Assembly: GCA_964016885.1 (NCBI GenBank)
Contig: OZ024745.1
Location: forward strand, 121,148,001 to 121,212,000
Length of the DNA: 64,000 nt
Reading direction: 5' to 3'
DNA from: Eledone cirrhosa
Taxonomy: Eukaryota
Part shown: positions 53,543-64,000 of the stretch, piece after piece
Numbering within the stretch: position 1 is the stretch's first letter
Layout of the letters: the number at the start of each line of letters is the position of its first letter
Notes under the pieces: model-generated
Told to the model about the DNA's origin: nothing
Database searches by the model: none
The model's input: only the letters and a program-made list of their open reading frames with translations
Translations under genes and position numbers: made by a program

Positions 53543-55421
53543 CACTTTACTTTTTTTCTGTCTCTGGACTATGCCCATGCTGGAGCATCACCTTGGTAAG
53601 TTATGGGGACGTCAACAAACCAACAAGCATTGGTGGGATGGCAAACGCAAATGCAAAGACACACACAGACATATAAACATATATACGACGCGCTTTTTTT
53701 AGTTTCGGTCTATCAAATCCACTCACATGGTTTTGATCAGCCCGGGCAGTGGGACTGAATCCGGAAACATGTGGTATTTCTTGTCACACTGCGCATATAT
53801 ATATATATATATATATATCCACAGTTGGGTGCGGATGCATTCATGTATATATGTGTGTGTCCGCATGTATCTGTGTGTTTCTAAATATATTAATAACTCC
53901 CTCTGGTCGAGCAATCTTTGAAGTGTGGGGACAACTGGAAAGCTTCCATTACTCATACTTCTCGCCTTCTTCACTACCTCTTCTACGGCCTCGATATGAA
54001 TACCCCCTCCGCCTCCGTGGTATTTTCTTCGTGGTTATAAGAGGCTTAGCTCTGTTTCTCGACCGTTATATCGCGTGACTATCTCCCCCTCCGCCTTTTG
54101 GGATTCTTTCTCACGTCGTGTAGACGCGTTCTTGAGACTAGTAAAATGAGGTATCCTCTTGATAAGTCGGCAGACCTCGCAAGGACTCTATATCTTTGAT
54201 ATATTGTTTTTGTTTATGCCACGAAACTACGTAGTCGAGGAATTTAGGAACAGTTTAGGTATGATACATTTTATTACTAATTATATCTAAATGTTTCTTC
54301 TCTCTTCATAATGTATATATATATATATATATATACATGTGTGTGTGTGTTATCAAATTAACAATGAAAATAAAAATAAAAAAGTCAAGTTACTTTATAA
54401 CTTTGTTTTTATTGTTGTTTTTATTTTTATTGTTAATTTAATACCTAATTTAATACATTTGTATATATACATGCATTTATATTTAAGTGTGTAAGGTTGT
54501 TGACATGATTTATGCTTTTTTTGGTAAGGAGAGAATTTTGTCTCCAGATTTTATTACCTAGGGAGATTAAATACCACAGCTCTGACTGAAAGCTGACCAG
54601 ATTCTCAACCTCATCAAACACCAACGCCGGCCTGTGTGTGTATATATGTATATATGTATGTATGTTTGCATGGTCGGCCATCCGAAACTGTGTATATATG
54701 TATATACACATGTACCGCGCGGTTAAACAACTGGGAGTAAAGAACCCCTAGCCTTTCCCAGGGCATTCTTCTAGGAGAAGGCAACTCAGGAAACTGGGAT
54801 AACTCCGACATAAAACCTGCGGCTCAGTGGTTACCGATGATGTTGATCTTTTCTTCCTTTCGGGTTATAGCTACTGTCACTCAGAGAGTGGGACTGGCTC
54901 AGTGCACAGTCTTTCCTCACTTTAAAAAATATCTTCACGCACAGGCATTGCACGATAGAATTAATTAATAATTATTAATAATGGTATATCGTGCAATGGC
55001 CATACTCGATAACGAGGAGACAGCTATCATCATGTATGCATGTACGTATGCATGTGTGTGTATGAGTGTATGTATATGTATACACCTTTCATCACCATTG
55101 CTTCTTTTTCTTGTCGTTTCTGTTGTTCTTGTAACTGTTGTAAAAGTTGAAGTTGTCCTTATTTTCATTTTCTTTGATTTATTTTGTTTTTCTTTTATCT
55201 CCCTAGGGAATTCGTTGACAAACTTCTTTTATTTATTTTCTTCGTTTTCTCCATTCAAATACATTCACACTGGCTGTCTCAGAGACATACAAATATGGCT
55301 TATAAAACTTACCTAAGTAAATAGCCTAGCCCCCGTCCACAAGCTTCAAACGCCCCCCCCCCCCCCCGTGCCTCCTTGCTCCAAAACGCCCCCCCCCCCC
55401 CCCCTTCGTTGAGAACCTTTG
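52244..55421. mobile_element. hAT-type non-autonomous element, about 3.2 kb
   Basis: 14-bp TIR caaaggttctcaac / gttgagaacctttg and 8-bp TSD gtttagat at 52236-52243 and 55422-55429. Confidence 0.8.
54672..55033 (+). mobile_element. Short non-autonomous RTE-tailed element
   Basis: Ends with gtgcaatggccatactcgataacgaggagacagctatcatcat, nearly identical to the 3' terminus of the RTE at 16075-16112 (minus). Confidence 0.65.
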
Positions 55422-55439
55422 GTTTAGATTCATAATTAA

Positions 55440-55690
55440 TGACACACATTGACATATATACACACTGACATACACTGACACACACTGATGTACACACACA
55501 TACACTGACACACATACATACACATGTATACACACTGACATACACTAACATACGCACACACACACACTGATGTACACACACATGCACTGACACACACACA
55601 CACACACACACACACACTGATGTACACACACATGCACTGACACACACACACACACACACACACACACTGATGTACACACACACATGCACT

Positions 55691-55723
<33 letters not shown>

Positions 55724-55912
55724 ATGTACACACACACATGCACTGACACACACACACACTGATGTACACATACATGCACAGACACACATATACACACACT
55801 GATGTACACACACATGCACTGACACACATATACACACATATATACACACTGACATACACACACACTGATGTACACACACATGCACTGACACACATACACA
55901 CACATATATACA
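55440..55912. repeat. CA-rich minisatellite
   Basis: cacacactgatgtacacacacatgcactga(ca)n units. Confidence 0.9.
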
Positions 55913-55914
55913 TA

Positions 55915-56092
55915 TACCATATGCCATACCGGCGTCGAAGAGGCTACTTTTTTCCTAAAATAAGTCTCAAACATCTACCACGCGTCCTGGAGGCCGAAGG
56001 TTGTTTATTATTTTTTTTTTCAAATTTTTGGTTGTCAAAATTAGGGTGTGCCCCGGAGGACGAAGGAACTTCGGCACCGGGAAATATGGTAT
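55915..56092. mobile_element. Short TA-flanked MITE
   Basis: taccatatg... / ...aatatggta terminal inverted motif. Confidence 0.45.
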
Positions 56093-56102
56093 ATTATATT
56101 AG

Positions 56103-56292
56103 CAGTGGATTGGCAGTATCAGTAGAGGGTCGGACACCATGCTTTGACGTATAGAGTTAGGGCCCTTGCCATTCTGAGTTCAAATCCCGCCGAGGTTAAC
56201 TTTGCCTTTCATCCTTACGGGGTCGATAAAATAAAGTACCAGTAATGCACTGAGTAATTGCTGGCCTTGTGCCAAAAGTAGAAACAATTATA
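56103..56292 (+). mobile_element. tRNA-derived SINE with conserved gcctttcatcc..ggggtcgataaa..agtaccag core, representative copy
   Basis: B box gagttcaaatccc. Copies at about 28725-29150, 35940-36120, 36140-36350, 38900-39085, 49955-50140, 50160-50375, 53188-53400, 61005-61190 and 63162-63345. Confidence 0.85.
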
Positions 56293-57521
56293 TTAGAATT
56301 ATTTTGTCCAGTGGTTTTCCTGTAGTGTTCTAAGGATTAATTTTATTTAAGGTGATAATGGAGGGTGTTTGAAAGTGGAAGTTAGCTTCTGGTAAGTTGA
56401 ACCAAACAATTTCAATTTTTCAGAATATAAGAGACACCGCCCTACAAGATACATCTCTCTTTTGGAGAAAAAATGTTAAGAAAAATATTGTAGTATCTAA
56501 CATTTTTATTTGGTGACTAGGATCCAGGATGACATTAAATTTTAGGAGTAAAAAGCATTTAAACTGGCCATATCCGACCAGAATTCTCTCACCTGTTTAA
56601 ATTAGCCATAACTGGCCACTCATACTGATGTTAAGGTATGGTTCTCAATAAATAACATCAAAATCTCATAGATTTGATATTATGTGGGATAATTATGTGA
56701 GATGAAGCCTTTACCGTGAAAATACAATAGTAAATATAGAGTAATGTAAATGCTAAAGGGTTAAATCACCCAAGAAAGGTGAGAACATTATATAATTAAT
56801 AGTTAAGGTAAAAAGAAAGAAAGAGAAAGAGGCTGAAAGAGATGTGGATATGATAGAAACCTGCATACTCTATAGTTAGAGATATGATTTTTAGTCTTTT
56901 TATCAATATCCATTAACCCTTTAGCATTTTAACCAGCCATATCTGGCCAGAATTCTCGCACCTCTTTCTGTTCAAACTGGCCATAACCGACCACTCATAC
57001 TTATGTTAAAGTATTTTTCTCAAAATAAATAACATCAAAATATCATAGATTTGATATTATGTGAGATAATTATGAGATAAAACCGTTACTGAAAAATACA
57101 ATAATATATATAGAGTAATATAAACGCTAAAGGGTTAAGGTATTCTTTAACAATTGAGTAAACATAACGAGGAGTTTTGAGGGATTTACTAAAATATAAA
57201 AGAGAGTAACTTTACATATTAAATTATGCTACAAGATATCAATTTAAGTAGAAACCACTTAAAATGGTGGTGGTGGGTGAGTTCATAGAACCAGGACTAG
57301 TTTTGGCTGGGTTGGTATCAAAAGTGTTAACATGGGTGGTTTTGTTTCATAGATTCACAGCCAGCTTTGGGCAGATTGATAACAGAAAGGTTAGTTGGCT
57401 GTCTTTTGCCCCAAAATATGTTCTTATGTACATATATTAGAAATCATTGGATTGGCAGTATCGGTAGAGCGTCGGACAACATGCTCTGAAATAGCGATGT
57501 ATACATGAATATATGTATAGA

Positions 57522-57662
57522 ATATTTGGCAATATACTGTATGCTTAATTAAAAACATTTTGAAGACCTTGCGCTATTATTTTAAAGTAGTCACTACTTT
57601 AAAATAATAGCGCAAGGTCTTCAAAATATTTTTAATTAAGCATACAGTATATTGCCAAATAT
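57522..57662. repeat. Palindrome, arms about 70 bp
   Basis: atttggcaatatactgtatgc...aaagtagt-c-actacttt...gcatacagtatattgccaaat, next to (TA)n. Confidence 0.9.
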
Positions 57663-57672
57663 ACTATACATA

Positions 57673-57738
<66 letters not shown>

Positions 57739-57739
57739 T

Positions 57740-59222
57740 ATAAATATGGTACTGGAAAAAAAGGAAAAACTAGGCAGGAAGAAGTGGACAGAAGGAGAAA
57801 TTTATTGTGTATTCAATCTTTAACATATGTTTCTGTATGATTACATAACCGTCTACATGTGCTGACTGCATTATACAATGTTCATTCGTATGCGTTACGT
57901 GTCTATGATTGCACTTCATTAGAAATAAGTTAACAAGGAGGAAGAAAAAAATTGGGTATACTCCGAGTTGTAGGTAGTACATTTCTGCAATAAACATAAC
58001 TTACTGATCATGAAGCTAAAATAACAAAACATTGGTATATAGAGAAATTCAGAATCAAAATATAATATACAAATAACAAAAATAGTAAGCAAAAAATAAT
58101 AAATAAAGAATAAATACATGAATTACAATAAATATACAAAGTATAGATACAATATTGGTAAGCCGGTGAATTACAATCCAAATGACCAATGAGGAGAATA
58201 TTATAGTTGTAAGTAGAGGGAGGTTAGAAAGAGGAAGGATTAAGGCTGGTTAGAAAACCTACTTAATTCATATATTGTGGATAGAGGAAGAGGAGGAGGA
58301 AAAAGAAGAGAAAAGAAAGAAGAAAAAATAGAAGGAAATAAGAGAAAAGAAAAAAGAAAAAATAGAAGAAAAGAAATGAAGTCGAAGTGACCAGAAATTA
58401 TAAGACACCATTGAAGGGCTATAAATTAAATTGGTGGAGTGTGGCAAAGTTTTATCTCAACAGAATCCAACAACAGAAAGGACAAGTGGGCGCCGAAACC
58501 AAAAACGGCGATGAGAAGGAGTGATGTAAGGGGTGAGTATTTCAAATAGAGGGGATATATGGACACAGGATCCAATCCTATGCTAGTCAGGGTGATATTT
58601 AACGAAAGTCTTTAATGCCTTATGTTGGCAGTTAAAGATACTATCGTGTCGAGAGTTTAACAGATCTGATCTAGTCATAATTTTCAACACGTCCATCACA
58701 CAAAGATTACAGAGGCGTCTTTCATTTTGGTATTGGCTGACAAATCTTAACACTGACCAAGAAAGTGCATAATCCATATTATCCTGTTTTAAATCCCAGA
58801 TGTTTTTGGCTAGGGCAGCTGACTTTCGTAGACCGGGATTCCTGGATGAATGCGTGTGCATATACCATCCTTTTTTAAAACAGTTGGATGTGGCACCCAC
58901 ATATTTACACGTCCCCAATTTGGTTTTGACTACACATTGGAAAAGGATGTTTTTAAACATGCATTTCTCATTTAGAGGACAATTATTAGGTTGCTTGCAG
59001 TTGCAATGTGTCCGTACAAAATATATGGGGTCATCATTTGTTCTTGTATTTAGGGTGGTATTTGAGATATGGGGAGGTTGTGTTAGATTCGCACGTACGT
59101 TGTACGATTCATCAAAATGGTTGGGCGTATCCCTGGTTGGGAATATGGTTGGTTAGTTGTTCTGATAGTGGAGTTAGATTCCAACAAGGTCCGTAACCTG
59201 GGCTGAGTCACTTGAACCCATA
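57740..59222 (-). mobile_element. 5'-truncated Penelope-like element (Naiad-type GIY-YIG endonuclease end plus 3' region), flanked by (TA)n
   Basis: Frame open about 59150-58583: HCNCKQPNNCPLNEKCMFKNILFQC...KYVGATSNCFKK...H...LAKNIWDLK...WSVL...CNLC...LLNSR...CQH. Degenerate hammerhead core near 57815-57935. Confidence 0.85.
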
Positions 59223-59223
59223 G

Positions 59224-59257
<34 letters not shown>

Positions 59258-59509
59258 AGGGAGTGTAACGGGAAGTTACTGTAGGTTCACCCAGGTGAGC
59301 ACTCGACGTTTAGATTCACGTCAGTATCGAAGTGTAGAGCTAAACAGAGTGTAATATAATAATACAAGGACGATTTGTTAAGCCTTCATTACGTTTAGTG
59401 ATTGGTGACGCGCGTTTCGTTATTGGTTAGCTCAAGGTTCGATCTATATCGACCAGGCCTGACTCTAGAATCAAAAAGCTCGTCGGACTTCTGTCATTAC
59501 AACAGCAGA

Positions 59510-59594
59510 GGTCCGACGAGCTTTTGTTTCCGGAGTCGGGCCTCATTGATACAGATCGAACATTGAGCTGATCAATAGCGAAACATGCGTCACC
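59510..59594 (+). ncRNA. Hammerhead-like motif with long stem II (CCGACGA core); mirror copy on minus at about 59404-59490
   Basis: GGU CCGACGA GCU...AGC GAAA C-AUGC-G UC ACC; the mirror copy has CGCGCG stem III. Confidence 0.55.
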
Positions 59595-59643
59595 AATCAA
59601 TAAAAGTAATGAATGCTTAATAAATCGTCCTTGTTTTATTATT

Positions 59644-59673
<30 letters not shown>

Positions 59674-59674
<1 letters not shown>

Positions 59675-60823
59675 GGAACCAGTAAGACCCCGACGGCTGA
59701 GCTCAAGCCGTTTCGACGGCTAATTCTGGACTAAATGAAAATTTATTCTGGTATTTAAATAGCCGAGCTTCTCAAGGGGTAATTCCATATATGGTCAAAG
59801 TGATTGTCAAAAGTTAGTAGTAATTCTGTGATTGCAAATTAGTAGGGGAGATGGTGGCTAAACCTGCCAGTAGGAGAAAAAGGGGAGGGGGTGGAGTAGA
59901 CCCAATCATGCGTTGGTAGTGCCAGCTACAGCTGGGCATGAGGTCAAAGAAGATACTGGGGAGGGGGAGGAAGTCGAAACGGTAGGTAGAACAATGAGGG
60001 GTAAAAATATATATATGAAAGAAAAAATACTGAGAGTGATGAAAAGCGAATAAGTGTAAAGAAAAAAGAGTATAAAAGCAAGTTCTACGACCTAAGTCTC
60101 TAGCTATTGTTAGGCTAGATAAATAAATAAATAAAGAAATAAATAAAGAAAGAAAGAAATAAAGAAATAACGGAATAAGTAAATAAACTAGGTGGGACGG
60201 AATAGGCAAGGACCCTTTTAAGAGGTATAAGTACGTAAATCATACGGTGACGGGTCAACAAATGGAGCCAAAATACTAAAGAAACTACCACGAAATAAAT
60301 AATAAAGGTTTCTATCCCGGGCACAAGGCCAGCAACCACCCAGTGTAGCAAAGTAAACTAGTACGAGATAATAATTCTGAGTCCCGAAAAAAAAAATACT
60401 AATGCTAACTCTAAAGGTACCGCCGCGCTACAAAAGATCTTATACAAGCTACATGAAAGTTCGTACGAAGTAAAGGTAGAATACGGAAAAATAAATTCAG
60501 AATCCACCCTGCCCAAAAGAAAAGAGAAGAAAGAAATACTGAAACGAGAAAATAAGGCATAAGTGCCACTAAGAAATATAGAAGGCACGGAAAATAGGGG
60601 GAGCGGTCGGAAAAGGGGGCAAGTATCCGAGGTCTAACACAACTGCTATAAAAAGCGGAGTCCGCCAAATCTATCATAGACTAGGGGAGGCGGTGGGGGT
60701 ACTGAGGCTACAAGAAGCTCAGCCGTCGGGGTCTTACTGGTTCCTATTACCCACTCTACTACCCTAAGTATTGAGTACTTTGGTGCGTTATGGTCCACCT
60801 GGTTCCTTACCACATTTCCTTCG

Positions 60824-60826
<3 letters not shown>
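59674..60826. mobile_element. Penelope-like non-autonomous element with inverted termini
   Basis: ggaaccagtaagaccccgacggctgagct at 59674 is inverted at about 60715-60745. The right end matches 12740-12878. Flanked by (TA)n. Confidence 0.65.
59687..59780 (-). ncRNA. Hammerhead ribozyme motif, U3:A8 variant
   Basis: ACCCC UUGAGAA G..CGGCUA...UAGCCG.C GAAA CGGCU-UGAGCUC-AGCCG UC GGGGU. Confidence 0.65.
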
Positions 60827-60867
<41 letters not shown>

Positions 60868-60926
60868 CCAAGAAAAACCGTTGGTTGATCCATCAATCGA
60901 CCGAGTGTAGTGTAAACAGACGTAAG

Positions 60927-60994
<68 letters not shown>

Positions 60995-61974
60995 ATAATT
61001 ATTATTATTTCTACTTTTGGCACAAGGCCAGCAATTATCCCAGTGCATTACTGGTACTTTATTTCATCGACCCCGTAAGGATGAAAGGCAAAGTTAACCT
61101 CGGCGGGATTTGAACTCAGAATGGCAAGGGCCGTAACTCTATGCGTCAAACCATGGCATCCGACCCTCTACCGATACTGCCAATCCACCGAGTAATAATG
61201 GTTTAGATCGATATCCAGTGATTTCGACCTTGTTGTTTATATATATATATATATATATATATAAATGTGCAGGCAAGGAAAATAGACCTTAAATATGCAC
61301 AGATATTTGTTTGCACCGAACCTATATTCTTTAGTGTAAGATTTTATATCATCCCTTATATGGCAGTTAATGTGTTTAGCTTTAGAAAAGAATTAAATTT
61401 GATCTGGTAGAAAGCTGGGCCGATCAATAAGACAACTGACACACATTGTGTATTTTAAAGTATTTAATATGCAAACCACAATATGTAACAGCTGTTGGAA
61501 ATGATTTAAAATTATGATTACTGTTGTTGCCTTTCTAGAAATAATTGGACAAAGCTCAGCAGTTTGTAGTGATAGGATAGTATAGATGGTAGTGCAATGT
61601 AGGCGGTAGTTAGCGGAGGCGGTAGTGTATCGTAGGTGATGTAGTAGATTCTGTAGACAGAATACACGTCTAGGCGTGAAATTTAAATTATATTCTGGCA
61701 GGATTTGAAAATTTAGCCACAAATTGGCAAAACCATCAGAGTATAAGACAGAACGTATTGTGGTTTTTGTACTGGTTCTCCACAATCTGAGTTCAAATCT
61801 CCTCCTCACCTACTTATATGGTAGACTTAAATTCTCATCCAGTTTAACACCCGCAATTGGCCGTTGTAATGCCCCTAACACTCTATTGTAAACATTCATA
61901 TCAGGTCTCCAGTTTAAAGCCGCCAGTCTCAGAGGCCCTAACAAGACTCACGGATACTGCTCTCCCTCACTCAC

Positions 61975-62160
61975 CGAGTGTTGATCGTCTGCCAATACCG
62001 ACGAGGAGTTTTCCATTTGATTCGATCAAAGCAACAGCCTGCTCGTGAAATAACGTGCAAAGAGCTGAGCATTCCACGAGCACGTGTATTCTTAACAGAA
62101 TTCTCAAAGATATTCAGACTGACATAGTGACTGACAAGACTGGCCCTTTCAATCACATTT
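61975..62160. mobile_element. SINE body fragment; related copy about 30050-30190
   Basis: acagcctgctcgtgaaataacgtgcaa...ctgagcattccac...cttaa shared between both loci. Confidence 0.6.
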
Positions 62161-63353
62161 ACGAACAGTTTATTGAGTTTTCGTTTATTAAATTCCAGTC
62201 ACAAGACATGGATCAACCCGAAGCTATGACAAAGAATACTTGCTGAAGATGTCATGTACTGGGATCAGATGAGGGACCAAATGATTGCGAAACCATTAGG
62301 CCATGCTGTTTCCATCCTAGTACGATGATACTAAAAAAATCCATTTCAAAGGAGGCATTTTTCTCCACTATAAGTAATCAATCGAAGAGCCGATTTCTTT
62401 GGTGCTTGTCGACATCTAAGAATGGGAACTTTCCTTAAGCTATTTAGTTAGTAACCCTGCCTCCTGGGGTCCCAGATGTACCAACCCCGCCTTCTATTTC
62501 TATCTTATGGTGTCTCGATTAATCTCTGAACACATCCAAGGGCCACACTAACATCGTGGTAGGAGTCACGCCATGCTTCACTACTCTTTTCCTTGGAATT
62601 CCACCCCGTTTCCTCAATCCCTCCTTCAAATATAATTCTTATATGTTTCTTAGCATATTCTATACGACTATCAATTTTGTGGGACATATTAGACGTTGGC
62701 AGAGTCTAATCTTGGTACTTTTCGCACATCCCACCTTTTTGTTCTTCTTGTGTTTTTTTCTGTCTTGCCCATTGTATCTACTTCTGAACCACTTACTTTA
62801 AACTTGTGACGTATTCCTCCTTTACTTAATGGTCATCTTGTGAAGGCGCATGGCTTAGTGGTTAGAACATTGGGCTTTCAATCGAAAGGTTGTGAGTTGA
62901 ATTCTCGGACCGGGTGATGTGTTATTTCCTTGAGCAAGACACTTTATTTCACGTTGCTCCAGTTTACTCAGCTGTAGAAATGAGATGATAGGGCTGGGGT
63001 CCCTATCATTAAATTACCCAAGACACCTCCAACGAGATATACCTTGGAGGAGGCCAGCTAAACCTGCATAGGTGTGAGCTGTCACACAACACACACATCT
63101 TCACCGACCTCATTTTTACTTTAATTTATTTCATATATGTCAACACTAATTCTCGACATACTGGATTGTCAGTATCGGTAGAGAGTCGGACGCCATGCTT
63201 TGTAGTATAGAGTTACGGCCCTTTACGGTCTGAGTTCAAATCCCGCCGAGGTTAACTTTGCCTTTCATCCTTACGGGGTCGATAAAATAAAGTACCAGTA
63301 ATGCACTGGGTAATTGCTGGCCTTGTGCCAAAAGTAGAAATAATTATATTATA

Positions 63354-63539
63354 CAGTGAAATTCCGTTATAACTAATTTTACGAGGTAAAAAAAAAATCG
63401 TTGTAAAGAAAAATTCTTTATAACGAGATCGACCGAAACGAATCGAGCGTTTGTTTGTTATTACCTCGGGGATTGAAAAAAATTTCGTCATACTGAAAAA
63501 TTCGTTATAATGGTATTCGTTATAACGGAATTTTACCTG
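63354..63539. mobile_element. Tc1/pogo-type MITE
   Basis: ta-cagtgaaattccgttataac ... gttataacggaattttacctg-ta with internal cgttata repeats. Confidence 0.75.
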
Positions 63540-64000
63540 TATTATTATATTATCACTACTGCCACTACTACTACCACTGTCACTCGGGCCAAGTGCCACT
63601 TCCAGCTAAGATATCATCGCAGCCTGTTATTGTTGCTGCTGAAAACAATTCCATCTGATCTCACCATACAGAGAGATGGGAGGGCGAGAGAGATGGGGGC
63701 GATGACAGTGGGAGTTCGGCTCTTCCACGTTCGGACCGTATCCTTGTGGTTGTGTTTGTTGTCTATACTCTATCGAGTAATTAGCTCGGTGTTCGATACA
63801 TTTAATAAAAACAAAATAATGGAGTCCCTTATAGGTATTTTATATTCATTATTAAGGTGAGAAAGATTCGTTTAGGTAAACCCCTACTGCTAAAGTACCC
63901 CTGACCTGGTTCCTGAACAAGTTGAATGCAAATCTTATACCATGGCGTCACTAAGGAATTCACAATGGCTTGGTGATATTGTGGTGAAACTACCTCTGAC

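Noticed and set aside
58583-59150. Selenoprotein-type Naiad (UGA at Cys positions)
   Set aside because: The conserved cysteines read here use TGC or TGT, and no in-frame TGA was seen.
62290-62820. GKFPFLDV motif and a LINE-like C-terminus on minus
   Set aside because: Too degraded to assign family or boundaries with confidence.

Overview
AT-rich, microsatellite-dense animal genomic DNA. The SINE/LINE repertoire looks like an octopod cephalopod (inference). One host gene is recognisable: the 3' nine coding exons of an FBXO41-like F-box/LRR gene on the minus strand (36564 down to the stop at 2567, about 330 aa, all GT-AG with consistent phases). Its N-terminal exons were not found. The rest is introns and flank filled with LINE remnants (RTE, R4/Dong-type RLE, CR1), Penelope-like (Naiad-type) fragments carrying hammerhead-ribozyme motifs and long palindromes in (TA)n tracts, TTAA piggyBac-type MITEs, Tc1/pogo and hAT elements, Helitron-like elements, tRNA SINEs and large minisatellites. 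The most unusual observations are: (1) a young RTE LINE with a 5' inversion bounded by an 11-bp TSD (twin-priming architecture) whose ORF ends in three C2H2 fingers; (2) a second RTE family with a PHD finger inserted inside the RT; (3) several variant hammerhead ribozymes inside fold-back Penelope derivatives, including a U3:A8 covariant. Most long ORFs in the track are tandem-repeat artefacts.
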